Source: an uncultured Candidatus Rokubacteria bacterium (GTDB lineage: Bacteria > Methylomirabilota > Methylomirabilia > Rokubacteriales > DASRDR01). From it: a stretch of 64,000 nucleotides of DNA. Made by a program: the position numbers and the translations under genes. Every line of letters starts with the position of its first letter. Position 1 is the stretch's first letter. The notes beneath the pieces were generated by a model. The model saw only the letters and a list, made by a program, of their open reading frames with translations. It had not been told where the DNA came from and ran no database searches. Positions 9,379 through 18,783 of this stretch are shown here, in pieces. The DNA lies in NCBI GenBank assembly GCA_963708025.1, contig CAVPSB010000015.1:96001-160000 (forward strand), read 5' to 3'.

Positions 9379-10200
9379 ATGCGCATCAGCCGCAAACAAC
9401 GACTTTGGCGTTTCAAGGAGTCGGAGTCGTCAGGGTGGGGTTGGATCGGCGGGGTGGTGCTGCTGCTGACTGTCTCGACGGTGTCGGTTGCGGAGGAGGC
9501 GCCGAAGTTCGACGGCCGGGGCTGGATGGTCGGGAACCAGCAGAAGAACGCTCGCCAGAGCCTGACGGAGTACGTGTTGCCCGGCCAGACGGTAGACAAC
9601 TGGAGGGAGCTGGTCACCAGCACCGTCTTCTACCAGCCCGTCCCCCTCGCCGCCTTCGTGGAGAGGCTCCACTCGTCCATGTCCCGGGGTTGTCCCTCCC
9701 TCGTCTGGAACGTCATCCGGCAGGATGAGAAGACCGTGGTCTTCGAGTGGCGGGACGCGGGGTGCGGCGGCTTCGAGCCTCAGAGCGAGCTGGACCGGGT
9801 CACGATCGAGAAGGATGGACTCTACCGGCTGGCGTATGCGGCCAAGGTCCAAGGGCCTCTTCCGCCCGAGAAGCGAAAGGAATGGCTCGCCATCCTGGGC
9901 CAGGTTCCACTCGCCGAGCGTTCCGTGGGCGGAACGTCGCCCGCCGGAACGCCGGCCGCCTCGGCCCCAGGCAGCAAGGCAGGGGCGCCGGCAACGAAGC
10001 TGTCCACCGAAGAGCTCGCGGCCGGAGTGCGTCGGAGCGGGTGGACCTGCCCGGCGGGCGTCAAGAGCGAGGTCAAGGGTCAAGTGCAAGGGCCTCAGGG
10101 ACCTCTGACGACGTGGCTCCTCGACTGCTCGAACGGTCAGCAGTACACGGTGCTCGTGGACCCATCCGGCTCCATGACCGCCTTCCAGACGCCCAGGTAG
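9379..10200 (+). CDS. Hypothetical secreted/membrane-anchored protein
   Basis: Hydrophobic segment WIGGVVLLLTVSTVSVA; TEYVLPGQTVDNWRELVT; two Cys pairs; start uncertain (9340 or 9379). Confidence 0.6.
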   Translation: MRISRKQRLWRFKESESSGWGWIGGVVLLLTVSTVSVAEEAPKFDGRGWMVGNQQKNARQSLTEYVLPGQTVDNWRELVTSTVFYQPVPLAAFVERLHSSMSRGCPSLVWNVIRQDEKTVVFEWRDAGCGGFEPQSELDRVTIEKDGLYRLAYAAKVQGPLPPEKRKEWLAILGQVPLAERSVGGTSPAGTPAASAPGSKAGAPATKLSTEELAAGVRRSGWTCPAGVKSEVKGQVQGPQGPLTTWLLDCSNGQQYTVLVDPSGSMTAFQTPR

Positions 10201-10211
10201 ACGGAAGGGAA

Positions 10212-10266
10212 TCGGCTGCCCGGCTCCCTCTCGGCGGATGGCCGGGGGTGGGTGGGAGGTCCCGAG
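10212..10266 (+). repeat. Degenerate copy 3 of the G/C palindromic element
   Basis: CCGGCTCCCTC...GGGGGTGGGTGGGAGGTCCCGAG; 3' end nearly matches copy 1 (GGGAGGTCCCAAACTGAG vs GGGAGGTCCCGAGCTGAG). Confidence 0.55.
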
Positions 10267-11016
10267 CTGAGGCGCACGGTGGTGAGCACGGTGGCTGGCT
10301 TGGCCGGACTGGCTGTGGTGGCCGGGCTCGTCGAGCTGGTCATCCGGCTGGGCTGGGTCTCGCCGCTGGTGGTGGCGCCGCCGGGGGCGCTGCCGGGCGC
10401 CTTCACCAAGCTCTGGGCCGAGGGCTACGTGCTGGCGCCGTTCTTTACCACGCTGGCCCAGGCCTTCGCCGCGACGCTGCTGGCCGCCCTGGTCGGCATC
10501 CCGTCCGGCTACCTCCTGTGGAAGCGGCCGGCGCTGGGCGTCGCCTACGAGCCCTGGCTGGGCGCCGCCTTTGCCGCCCCCATCATCCTGCTCTATCCGC
10601 TGTTCCTGGTGGTCATGGGGCGGGGCTACGTCACCACGGTGTTCGCCGGCTTCCTGGCGGCGGCGATCCCGGTGGTGCTCAAGACCCGCGAGGGGCTGCT
10701 CGGCGTGCCGCGGGTGCTGATCGACGTCGGTCGCAGCCTGCACGTCCCATCCCGCCAGCTCCTGACGCGGGTCATCCTGCCGGCGGCCGCGCCGACCGTG
10801 TTCACCGGGCTCCGCCTCGGCCTGATCTACGCGCTGGTGAACATCATCGGCATCGAGTACCTGATCGACTTCGGCGGCCTGGGGCGTGTGGTGTCGGAGA
10901 TGCACTACCGCTTCGAGATCCCCGCCATGTACGGGGCTATCTTACTCATCGTGGCGGTCAGCTCGATCTTCCTGCTCGCCCTCCGCCGGGTGGAGCGGTG
11001 GCTGAGACCACGCTGA
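10252..11016 (+). CDS. NitT/TauT-family ABC permease 1
   Basis: Multiple TM helices; EAA-loop region LIDVGRSLHVPSRQLLTRVILPAAAP, GGLGRVV; start uncertain (GTG 10252 or CTG 10267). Confidence 0.9.
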   Translation: MGGPELRRTVVSTVAGLAGLAVVAGLVELVIRLGWVSPLVVAPPGALPGAFTKLWAEGYVLAPFFTTLAQAFAATLLAALVGIPSGYLLWKRPALGVAYEPWLGAAFAAPIILLYPLFLVVMGRGYVTTVFAGFLAAAIPVVLKTREGLLGVPRVLIDVGRSLHVPSRQLLTRVILPAAAPTVFTGLRLGLIYALVNIIGIEYLIDFGGLGRVVSEMHYRFEIPAMYGAILLIVAVSSIFLLALRRVERWLRPR

Positions 11017-11783
11017 CCCGGGCGGCGGGGGCGGTGGGCCGCGCGCGGTGGTTGGCGCCGAGCCGCGTGAGCGCGGCCACCCTGGCCGTGATCCTCGCCG
11101 CCTGGGAGGCGATGGCGCGCTCGGGCCTCCTGTACCAGGACGTGGTGCCGCCGCTGGAGAAGGTGGTGATCGCGTTCGGGCAACTGCTCGCCAGCGCCGA
11201 GACCTATCGCCATCTGGGCGTCACCGCCTGGGAAGTCGGCGCCGGCTTCACCCTCGGGCTCGCCGCCGGGCTCGCCTTCGGCGTCCTGATGGGCGCCCGG
11301 CGCCTCCTCGGCGAGGCGGCGACGCCCTACGTCGAGGGGCTGGCCACCGCGCCCAAGATCGTGTTCCTGCCGATCGCGATGCTGGCGCTCGGCGTGGGGA
11401 TCCAGTCGAAGATCGCGCTGGGGGCGCTGTCGGCGTTCTTCCCGGTGGTGCTCAACACCGCCGCCGGGATGCGCGAGATCCGGCCGGTGCTGATCCAGGT
11501 CGGCCGGAGCTTCGGCCTGTCGGCCTGGCAGATGGCGCGCCGCATCTACCTGCCGGCGCTGGCGCGCTCGGTGGTGATCAGCATGCGCCTCGGCCTCGGC
11601 GTGGCGGTGGTGGGCGTGGTGCTGGCCGAGATCAAGCTGGCCAACCGCGGGCTGGGCTTCCTGGCCATCGAGCACTACAGCCACTTCCGCATCCCGCAGA
11701 TGTACGCGGTGCTGCTGCTCGTCTTCGTGCTGGCGATCGCCGCCAACGGCCTGATCGGCCGCCTGCTGCCGAAGCACTACTAG
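10998..11783 (+). CDS. NitT/TauT-family ABC permease 2
   Basis: C-terminal part of track ORF 9747..11783; APKIVFLP, LIQVGRSFGLSAWQMARRIYLPA, RGLGFL. Confidence 0.9.
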   Translation: MAETTLTRAAGAVGRARWLAPSRVSAATLAVILAAWEAMARSGLLYQDVVPPLEKVVIAFGQLLASAETYRHLGVTAWEVGAGFTLGLAAGLAFGVLMGARRLLGEAATPYVEGLATAPKIVFLPIAMLALGVGIQSKIALGALSAFFPVVLNTAAGMREIRPVLIQVGRSFGLSAWQMARRIYLPALARSVVISMRLGLGVAVVGVVLAEIKLANRGLGFLAIEHYSHFRIPQMYAVLLLVFVLAIAANGLIGRLLPKHY

Positions 11784-12421
11784 TCAGGCAGGGAGTGCAC
11801 CCTCGGCGTAGGGCTTCAGGGCGGCATACACGGCGAAGTTCAGCGGGGTCGGGATCCCCACCAGTCGCCCGAGTCGTACGGCGGTCCCATTCAGGGCTTC
11901 GAGCTCCAGGGGACGGCCGGCCAGCACGTCCTGGGACATGGAGCCGCGGGCGGACGGATCCAGGCCCGACACGAGTGCCCAGTGCCGGTCCACACAATCC
12001 TCGGGCAGGACGATCACTCCGGGCGCCACGCGCGTGGAGATGACGTAGCCACGCCACCGAGCACCGGCGCCGGACCGAGAATCCGGGCCAGGCGCTCGGC
12101 ACTGTCGATGCCGTTCTGCAAGGGAAGCACCATCGTGTGGGACCCGATGAGGGGGGAGAGCCGGGAGGCCGCCGCGTCGAGATCGTAGGTCTTCACGCAA
12201 GAGAGGACGAGATCCACCTCGCCGATCGAGGCGGGGTCGTCGGTGGCCGAGACCGCCCGCGTGAAATCGCCGGTGACACGAGACTGGACGGTGAGGCCGC
12301 GGGTACGGAGCGCCTCGAGGTGGGCTCCCCGCGCGATGAAGGTCACGTCTTCCCCCGCCTGTGCCAGCAACCCGCCGAAGGAGCTGCCCGCCCCCCCACT
12401 CCCCATGACGGCGATACGCAT
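11784..12421 (-). pseudogene. panE: 2-dehydropantoate 2-reductase (ketopantoate reductase) remnant with a frameshift and an internal deletion
   Basis: MRIAVMGSGGAG...VKTYDL...PLQNGID in one frame; SMSQDVLAGRPLELEALNG...GIPTPLN in another; about 212 codons against ~300 for the family. Confidence 0.8.
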
Positions 12422-12507
12422 GCCTGTCCTCCTATCTCAGTCCTGCTTCTGGATCGTCATGGTGGACTATTCTGGCATGCGAGGATCAGCCTTCCGGGCG
12501 ATGTGGG

Positions 12508-13779
12508 TCACGGGCGGCGGTTGACGACGATGCGCCCCTCGCGCATCACGACGCGGATCCGGGCGTGGTCCTGGAGCACGCGCACGTCCCGGTCGGGCTC
12601 GCCGTCGACGACGATGAGATCCGCCAGCTTGCCCGGCTCGAGCGTGCCCAGGCGGTCCTCGGCGCCCAGCGCGGCGGCGGCGTTGCGGGTCGCGGTCAGG
12701 AGCGCCTGCTCGGGCGACAGGCCGCGCTCCACCATCAGCTCGAGCTCGTAGGCGTTCTGGCCCCAGTAGTCGCGGAGCGACCGGTAGGTGTCGGTGCCCA
12801 GCGCCATCCGGACGCCGGCCTCGCAGGCGCGCCGGAACCACTTGTCGCCCGTGGCCGCGACCTCCGCGTACTTGCGGACGACCTCGGGCGGCGCCTGCCC
12901 GGCGGCGCGGCCCCGCATCGCCCGCTCGGAGCGGATGGAGATGGTCGGCACCATGAACGCGCCGGTCTCGGCGAACAGGCGGAGGCACTCCTCGTCCAGC
13001 TCGGTGCCGTGCTCGATCGTGTCCACGCCGGCCCGGAGGGCCCGCCGGGTGGCCTCGGCCGTGTGGCTGTGGACGGCCACCCGCTTGCCCACCGCGTGCG
13101 CCTCGTCGACCAGGGCGGTCAGCTCCTCGGCGGTGTAGTTCCGCCACCACAGCTCTTCCTTGTGGCCGGCGGCGCCGCCGGAGGCGGAGGTCTTGAAGAG
13201 GTCGACCCCGAGCCGGATCTCGGCCCGGACCAGGCGCCGCACCGCCCAGGGTCCGTCGGCGTAGACCGATTCCTCGCGCGGCCAGGCGTCCGGGAGCGGC
13301 AGGTCGGAGTGGCCGCCGGTCTGCCCCACCCACCCGGCGACGAAGATGCGGGGGCCCGGGACCAGGCCGATCGCGATCGCCCGGCGAAGCGCCAGCACCT
13401 CGAGGTTGAGGGGGTTGATGGGGCCGGCCAGGTCGCGCACGGTCGTGAAGCCGGCCTCGAGCATCAGCCGGGCGTTCTTCGCGGCGTGGAGCGTGAGAAG
13501 CTGGGTCCGCGCGCTCACCTCGGCCCAGATGGCGTTCGGCTCGTCGGGGTCGAGGACACTGACCAGGTGGACGTGGAGGTCCATGAGACCGGGCATGACG
13601 GTGGCGCCGCTCGCGTCCAGCCGCGGACCGGTCCAGCCGGTCAGCTCGGCCACGGGCGCCACCCGCTCGATCCGGCCGCCCCGGACGACGAGCCCCGCGT
13701 CCCGTCGGGCGGGCGCGCCGGAGCCGTCCCAGAGGCGGCCGGCCAGGACCAGGAGTCCGTCGGGGTCGGGGGTGCTCAC
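12508..13779 (-). CDS. Metal-dependent amidohydrolase (Amidohydro_1, Xaa-Pro dipeptidase-like)
   Basis: MPGLMDLHVH, GFTTVRD, FKTSASGG, VAVHSH, IEHG, LGTD, GTLEPGKLADLIVV. Confidence 0.9.
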   Translation of the reverse strand: MSTPDPDGLLVLAGRLWDGSGAPARRDAGLVVRGGRIERVAPVAELTGWTGPRLDASGATVMPGLMDLHVHLVSVLDPDEPNAIWAEVSARTQLLTLHAAKNARLMLEAGFTTVRDLAGPINPLNLEVLALRRAIAIGLVPGPRIFVAGWVGQTGGHSDLPLPDAWPREESVYADGPWAVRRLVRAEIRLGVDLFKTSASGGAAGHKEELWWRNYTAEELTALVDEAHAVGKRVAVHSHTAEATRRALRAGVDTIEHGTELDEECLRLFAETGAFMVPTISIRSERAMRGRAAGQAPPEVVRKYAEVAATGDKWFRRACEAGVRMALGTDTYRSLRDYWGQNAYELELMVERGLSPEQALLTATRNAAAALGAEDRLGTLEPGKLADLIVVDGEPDRDVRVLQDHARIRVVMREGRIVVNRRP

Positions 13780-13973
13780 GGCTCGATAGCTTGCCCGAGG
13801 CGGGGGACGGGCCACAAGGGGCGCCCACGGCCTGCAGGAGTCCGCAGCCTCGGCGGCGCTTTGGTGGTACCGTGGTGGTCGGTGGTTAGCACCGCCCAAG
13901 CCCAAGCTCTCGAGTCCGCCCACGCCCCTGGCCGGAGGGGTCCGGCGTGAGGCGCCGGCGTCCGGGGGGACGG

Positions 13974-14903
13974 ATGCCACCGCCCCACCGTGATCAACAC
14001 CGCGATCCCCACCGCGACCGGCCCCCGCAGCGGGCGCCCTCCCTCTTCGAGACGCTGACGGCGGTCCATGCTCACGAGCGGCTCCGTCTCGAGAACGACA
14101 GCGGCGACCTGTCCACACGGGTCATGGACCTCGTCACCCCCATCGGGAAGGGCCAGCGCGGCCTCATCGTGGCGCCGCCGCGGGCGGGCAAGACCGTCCT
14201 CCTCCAGCAGATCGCCAAGGCCGTCGCCGCGAATCACCCGGAGGTGAAGGTGATGATCCTCCTGGTGGACGAGCGGCCGGAGGAGGTGACCGACTTCCGC
14301 ATGACCCTCGGGCGGGCGGCGGAGATCTTCGCCTCGAGCAACGACAACTCGCCAGCGGACCACGTGCGGCTGACCGAGCAGGTGATCGAGAAGGCCAAGC
14401 GCATGGTCGAGCAGAAGCAGGACGTCCTGATCCTCTTCGACTCGCTCACCCGGATGACGCGCGCCTACAACAACCAGCTCTCCTCGCGCGGGCGGACGAT
14501 GTCCGGGGGCATCGACGCCCGGGCCTTCCTGGGGCCCCGGGCCTTCTTCGGGGCGGCCCGCGCCATCGACCAGGGCGGCTCGCTCACCATCATCGGCACC
14601 GTGCTGGTGGACACCGGCTCCCGCATGGACGACATCATCTTCGAGGAGTTCAAGGGGACGGGAAACCTGGAGCTCTACCTCTCGCGCGAGCTGGCCGATC
14701 GGCGCATCTTCCCGTCGTTCGACGTGGTGCGCTCCGGCACCCGCCGCGAGGAGCTGCTCTTTCCCGCCGACGAGCTCGAGCGGGTCCGCCGCCTCCGCCG
14801 CCTGCTCTCGGACATCAACCCCCGGGACGCGATGGAAGCCCTCCTGGACCGGCTCAAGCTCAGCAAGACCAACGCCGAGTTCCTGAAGGCCCTCGGCGGC
14901 TAA
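13974..14903 (+). CDS. rho: Transcription termination factor Rho homolog, ATPase domain only
   Basis: PIGKGQRGLIVAPPRAGKT, LLVDERPEEVTD, DSLTRMTRAYN, GSRMDDIIFEEFKGTGN, SGTRREELL; 309 aa with no OB-fold N-domain. Confidence 0.92.
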   Translation: MPPPHRDQHRDPHRDRPPQRAPSLFETLTAVHAHERLRLENDSGDLSTRVMDLVTPIGKGQRGLIVAPPRAGKTVLLQQIAKAVAANHPEVKVMILLVDERPEEVTDFRMTLGRAAEIFASSNDNSPADHVRLTEQVIEKAKRMVEQKQDVLILFDSLTRMTRAYNNQLSSRGRTMSGGIDARAFLGPRAFFGAARAIDQGGSLTIIGTVLVDTGSRMDDIIFEEFKGTGNLELYLSRELADRRIFPSFDVVRSGTRREELLFPADELERVRRLRRLLSDINPRDAMEALLDRLKLSKTNAEFLKALGG

Positions 14904-14913
14904 CGCCGCCCCC

Positions 14914-15474
14914 TCACTCGACGTAGAGCTGCCCCACCACCGCGTGGCGGCCGTCGGCCGCCCGCCGCAGCACCACGAGCTCGCCCATCCGGATGCTGCG
15001 ACCGGTCAGGTCGGTGACGACAGAGCCGTGGGTGACCAGGACCAGGGGCGGCCCGGTCCGGTGGGCGGCGATCCGCTCCCTGATCTCCGCGACGAGGCGC
15101 CGCCGGCGCTCCGTGTCGTCGAGCGCGCCCTGCAGGACGTCCCAGGCCTCCACCTGGCCGAAGGCCAGGCGGGCCGTGTCCAGGCAGCGGCAGCGCGGGC
15201 TGGACAGGATCGCGCCGACCGTGATGCCGTTCCGCCGGAACGCCTCGCCGATCCGCGTGGCTTGCGCCCGGCCGCCCTCGTCCAGGTTGCGCTGGGTCGA
15301 GCAGTCGTCCAGCCTGGCGTCGGGGGGATCGAAGCCGCCGGGGGCGAAGCTGTGGCGCAGCACCACGACGGCGCCAGGCGTGCTCAAGGCCTGCCAGATC
15401 GAGTCGGAGGCCCGGGCGACCGACACCGTCCCGGTGCACAGCAGGACTACCGTCAACCATCGAAGTGGCGCCAT
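14914..15474 (-). CDS. Secreted histidine phosphatase family protein
   Basis: Signal peptide; VLRHS, CSTQRNL, SSPRCRCLDTA, LVTH. Confidence 0.85.
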   Translation of the reverse strand: MAPLRWLTVVLLCTGTVSVARASDSIWQALSTPGAVVVLRHSFAPGGFDPPDARLDDCSTQRNLDEGGRAQATRIGEAFRRNGITVGAILSSPRCRCLDTARLAFGQVEAWDVLQGALDDTERRRRLVAEIRERIAAHRTGPPLVLVTHGSVVTDLTGRSIRMGELVVLRRAADGRHAVVGQLYVE

Positions 15475-15487
15475 GGCGAGATTTCCC

Positions 15488-16363
15488 TCAGCGGGCCGGC
15501 CGGGGGACCGGCCGGTCGGCGAGGAGGGGCGGGTCGCCCTCGAGGGTCGTCCGGTGCATCCGGCGGCGATGCCGGACGTCGTCGAACTCGGTGGCACAAT
15601 GCTGCGCGCACCGGTTGTCCCACAGGACCGCGTCGCCCACGCGCCACCGATGCCGATGGACGAACTCGGGGCGCGTGGCGAACTCCTGCAGGAAGCGGAC
15701 GAGGTCGCGCCCTTCGTCCTCGGGGAGTCCCTCCACCTCGCACGCCCACCGGCCGATGTAGAGCGCGGTCCAGCCCGAGCGGGGGTGACGGCGGGCGATC
15801 GGGTGCCACACGTCGGGGCGCTGCGCCTTCTGCTCCTCGGTCAGCGGCTCCATGTGGGGGTAGTGGACGTGGTGCAGCCGGACGCGGCTGAAGCAGGCCC
15901 GCCGGCCCATGACGAGCCGGCGGACGTCGGCGGGAAGCGCGGCGAAGGCGGCGTAGGTGTCGGCGAAGAGCGTGTCGCCGCCCTCCGGCGGGACCTCCAG
16001 GGCGTAGAGGAAGGACCCGGCGTTGGGGATGGTCTTGTCCTCGCCGTCCGAGTGCCAGCCCCAGCCGGCCCGCTTGAGCCCGACCGGCTTGCCGCCCTCC
16101 TCGACGTTCGAGACCACGAACACCTCGGGGTGGTCCGGGAGGTTGAACTCCAGGGGCTCCATGACGTGGAGCGCACCCAGCCGGCGGGTGAAGGCGACGT
16201 GCTGGGCCGGCGTCATCCGGACGTCGCGGAAGAGGAGGATGCTGTACCGCGTCCAGGCGTCCTCGATGGCGGCGACCGTCCCGTCGTCCAGGTCGCGGGC
16301 GAGGTCCACGCCGACGACCTCGGCGCCGAAGCTGTCGTGGATCGGCCGGGTCTCGAGCGGCAT
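15488..16363 (-). CDS. TauD/TfdA-family Fe(II)/2-oxoglutarate dioxygenase
   Basis: WHSD, GGDTLFAD, WDNRCAQH, RRMHR; GGAGG RBS before ATG 16363. Confidence 0.92.
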   Translation of the reverse strand: MPLETRPIHDSFGAEVVGVDLARDLDDGTVAAIEDAWTRYSILLFRDVRMTPAQHVAFTRRLGALHVMEPLEFNLPDHPEVFVVSNVEEGGKPVGLKRAGWGWHSDGEDKTIPNAGSFLYALEVPPEGGDTLFADTYAAFAALPADVRRLVMGRRACFSRVRLHHVHYPHMEPLTEEQKAQRPDVWHPIARRHPRSGWTALYIGRWACEVEGLPEDEGRDLVRFLQEFATRPEFVHRHRWRVGDAVLWDNRCAQHCATEFDDVRHRRRMHRTTLEGDPPLLADRPVPRPAR

Positions 16364-16454
16364 CGCCTTCACCTCCATGGGGTGGGGCCTTTCATTCTTA
16401 TCGTTCTCGCGGTTGGGCCCGCCAGATTGTCAGAATGAAAGGCCTGACCCGCTC

Positions 16455-18014
16455 TCACGCCTCGGCCAGGCCGCCGTCGCCGCGGGGGTCGGAGGCGCCG
16501 GTGGCCCGCCCGGTCGCCGGGTCGACCGCGATCAGGCACACGCGCCCTCCGTACGAATCGTCCCGCAGCCGGAGCCCCCGGGCCTCGAGCGCGCCGCGCA
16601 CGTCGGGTGGGAGCGGGAAGAACGGCTCCACGCGGACGTCGGCGAGGTCGCCCTCGCAGTGGACCCGTGGGCTCGTGACGGCGGCGGCCGGCGAGCGCCC
16701 GAAGTCGACCAGCTCGGCCAGGACGTGCCCCATGGCGCTGATCTTCCGGCCCCCGTGGGGCGAGCCGAGGACGTAGCGGACCCGGCCGCGCTCGAGGACG
16801 ATCGTCGGCCCGCCGCCGTAGACCGGCCGCTTGCCCGGGGCGATCGAGTTGGCCCGGCCCGGCCGCGGATCGAAGGCCATCATGTTGTTGTTCAGCACGA
16901 ACCCGAGTCCCGGCGTCACCACGCCCGAGCCCGTTCCCACCGAGTGCGTGAAGGAGACCGCGGAGCCGTCGCCGTCGAGCGTGGAGACCTGGGTGGTGCC
17001 GGCCAGCGGCGCGACCGCTCGCTCGGCCTCGATCCGGGCGCGGAGGCCGGCGGCGTGCGCGGGGTCCACCATCCGCGCCGGCAGGTCGGCGGCGGCGGGG
17101 TCGGTCATGTAGCGGGCCCGATCGCGGAAGACCCCGGCCAGGGCCCGGGCCATCAGCTCGTGGTAGGCGGCCGAGCCGGCGCCGAGCGCCGCGACGTCGT
17201 AACCCTCCAGCACGTTCAGCAGCTCGACGAGCAGGATGCCGATGTGCGGGGCGGGGTCGGTCGAGACGGTGAGGCCCCGGTACGCGCCGTAGAGGGGCGG
17301 GCCGACCAGGCACCGGCAGTCGGCCAGATCCTCGGCGGTGACCGGCGCCCCGTGGGCTTCCAGGTCGCGGGCGAGCCGCCGACCGATCGCCCCCGTGTAG
17401 AAGGCGTCGGGACCATCGTCCGCGAGGACCCGGAGCGTCCGCGCCAGGTCAGGCTGGACGATCCGCTCGCCGATGGCGGGGACACGCCCGTCGCGCGTGA
17501 AGATCGCGGCACAGGCCGCGGTGGTGGTGAGCATCTCGTGGCCGTCGAAGCGGTCGGCCGTCTGCTGAATCGGATCCTCGGCGCGCCAGTACTGGTGCAT
17601 GTAGGGGTAGACGGGGAAGCCGTCCTCGGCGAAGCGGATCGCCGGCTCGAGGAGGGCCGGCCACGACACGCGACCGCTGCCGAGCCGCTCGAACGCGGTG
17701 TGGGTCCCGCGCACGAAGGTTGGCACCAGAACCGACGCGTAGCCCCGCACGTGGGAGCCGGCGGGCGCCCGCTCGTACATGTCGGCCGCCGCCCGGCTGC
17801 CCGCGTACCCCATGAAGTCGACGAGCAGGTGGCGGCCGGTGGGGGCGTGGAAGACGTTCATGATGCCGTTGCCGGCGATCGTGGTCATGGCGGGGGAGAC
17901 CACCGCCTGGGTGAAGGCGGTGGCCACGGCCGCGTCGACGGCCGAGCCGCCGAGACGGAAGACCTGGGCGCCCGCCAGCGCGGCCAGCGGCTCCGGACAG
18001 ACGACGAGGCTCAC
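16455..18014 (-). CDS. Gamma-glutamyltransferase family protein
   Basis: GGSAVDAAVA, PAIRFAEDGF, QPDLARTL, nucleophile GTTQVS, GFVLNN, PGKRP, GASDPRGDG. Confidence 0.92.
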   Translation of the reverse strand: MSLVVCPEPLAALAGAQVFRLGGSAVDAAVATAFTQAVVSPAMTTIAGNGIMNVFHAPTGRHLLVDFMGYAGSRAAADMYERAPAGSHVRGYASVLVPTFVRGTHTAFERLGSGRVSWPALLEPAIRFAEDGFPVYPYMHQYWRAEDPIQQTADRFDGHEMLTTTAACAAIFTRDGRVPAIGERIVQPDLARTLRVLADDGPDAFYTGAIGRRLARDLEAHGAPVTAEDLADCRCLVGPPLYGAYRGLTVSTDPAPHIGILLVELLNVLEGYDVAALGAGSAAYHELMARALAGVFRDRARYMTDPAAADLPARMVDPAHAAGLRARIEAERAVAPLAGTTQVSTLDGDGSAVSFTHSVGTGSGVVTPGLGFVLNNNMMAFDPRPGRANSIAPGKRPVYGGGPTIVLERGRVRYVLGSPHGGRKISAMGHVLAELVDFGRSPAAAVTSPRVHCEGDLADVRVEPFFPLPPDVRGALEARGLRLRDDSYGGRVCLIAVDPATGRATGASDPRGDGGLAEA

Positions 18015-18077
18015 GCGCCGCCCACCTCGGCGGGAGCTTCCGGAGTCGCAGCGAGGCGCCCCATCGTCGGCGTCCCC

Positions 18078-18584
18078 CTACGCGAAGGGCTGGCCGTAGC
18101 GCTCCCCATGGGCGACGGCGCCCAGGGACTTTCGCTGCTTCTTGCCTCGTCCCACGACCCCGACCGGGTAGCCGAACGGCAGGATCGCCAGCAGTTCGAG
18201 CTGGGCCGGGATCGCGAGAAGCGCCTTGACTTCCGCCAGCCCCCCGAAGCCGACCCAGTTCGAGCCCACCCCGTCGGCCCACGCGGCCAGCAGCATCGAC
18301 TGGATCGCGCGGCTCGCGTCGGACACGGCGAACGGGGTCTTGTCCACCGCGACCACGATCGCCAGCGGCGCCTGGGCGACGTAGGGCCCGGTCCCGGCCA
18401 GGGCGCCGAGCCGGCGCAGGGTCTCCCGATCCTGGACCACGACGAAGTGCCAGGGCTGCAGGTTCTTCGCGCTGCCCGTCAGGCGCCCGGCCTCGACGAT
18501 CCGGCGGACCGTCGCCTCCGGCACGGGCTTGTCCTGGTAGCGCCGGATCGCCAGCATCGTCCTGATCGCCTCGAAGACGTCCAT
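18078..18584 (-). CDS. Nitroreductase family protein
   Basis: AIRRYQDKPVP, SAKNLQPWHFVVV, MLLAAWADGVGSNW, LPFGYP. Confidence 0.9.
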   Translation of the reverse strand: MDVFEAIRTMLAIRRYQDKPVPEATVRRIVEAGRLTGSAKNLQPWHFVVVQDRETLRRLGALAGTGPYVAQAPLAIVVAVDKTPFAVSDASRAIQSMLLAAWADGVGSNWVGFGGLAEVKALLAIPAQLELLAILPFGYPVGVVGRGKKQRKSLGAVAHGERYGQPFA

Positions 18585-18703
18585 CACGAATCCCTTTCCT
18601 CGCGTCGCGCGACCGCGGTTCTGTCCGTCACGAGTGTACGGCCTCCGAAGGCCGACGGCCAGGCACCGCTCCTCGCGACCGGCTCCCGGCCGACCGGCGC
18701 GGC

Positions 18704-18732
18704 TTGACACCCCGGGGGCCGCGCGGTATCAA
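18704..18732 (+). promoter_or_regulatory. Sigma70-type promoter for the first Dpp-type operon
   Basis: TTGACA-N17-TATCAA upstream of GGGAGG and ATG 18784. Confidence 0.55.
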
Positions 18733-18783
18733 GGGCAGGCATCGAGCCCTCAACCCATCGCTCGCTCGCAGCGGGAGGACATC

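Noticed and set aside
9747-10997. Apparent 678-aa permease with a long N-terminal extension
   Set aside because: The upstream part overlaps two real genes in another frame; the permease begins near 10998
13800-13970. Structured RNA or riboswitch upstream of rho (GGTCGGTG-GTTAG-CACCGCC hairpin)
   Set aside because: One GC-rich hairpin with no recognisable family motif; cannot be supported without a covariance search
16023-18707. 894-aa plus-strand ORF and similar long ORFs (25571..28216, 60934..63645, 50265..52223, 18628..20547)
   Set aside because: Antisense or off-frame shadows of well-supported genes; high-GC DNA has few stop codons and these translations contain no motifs
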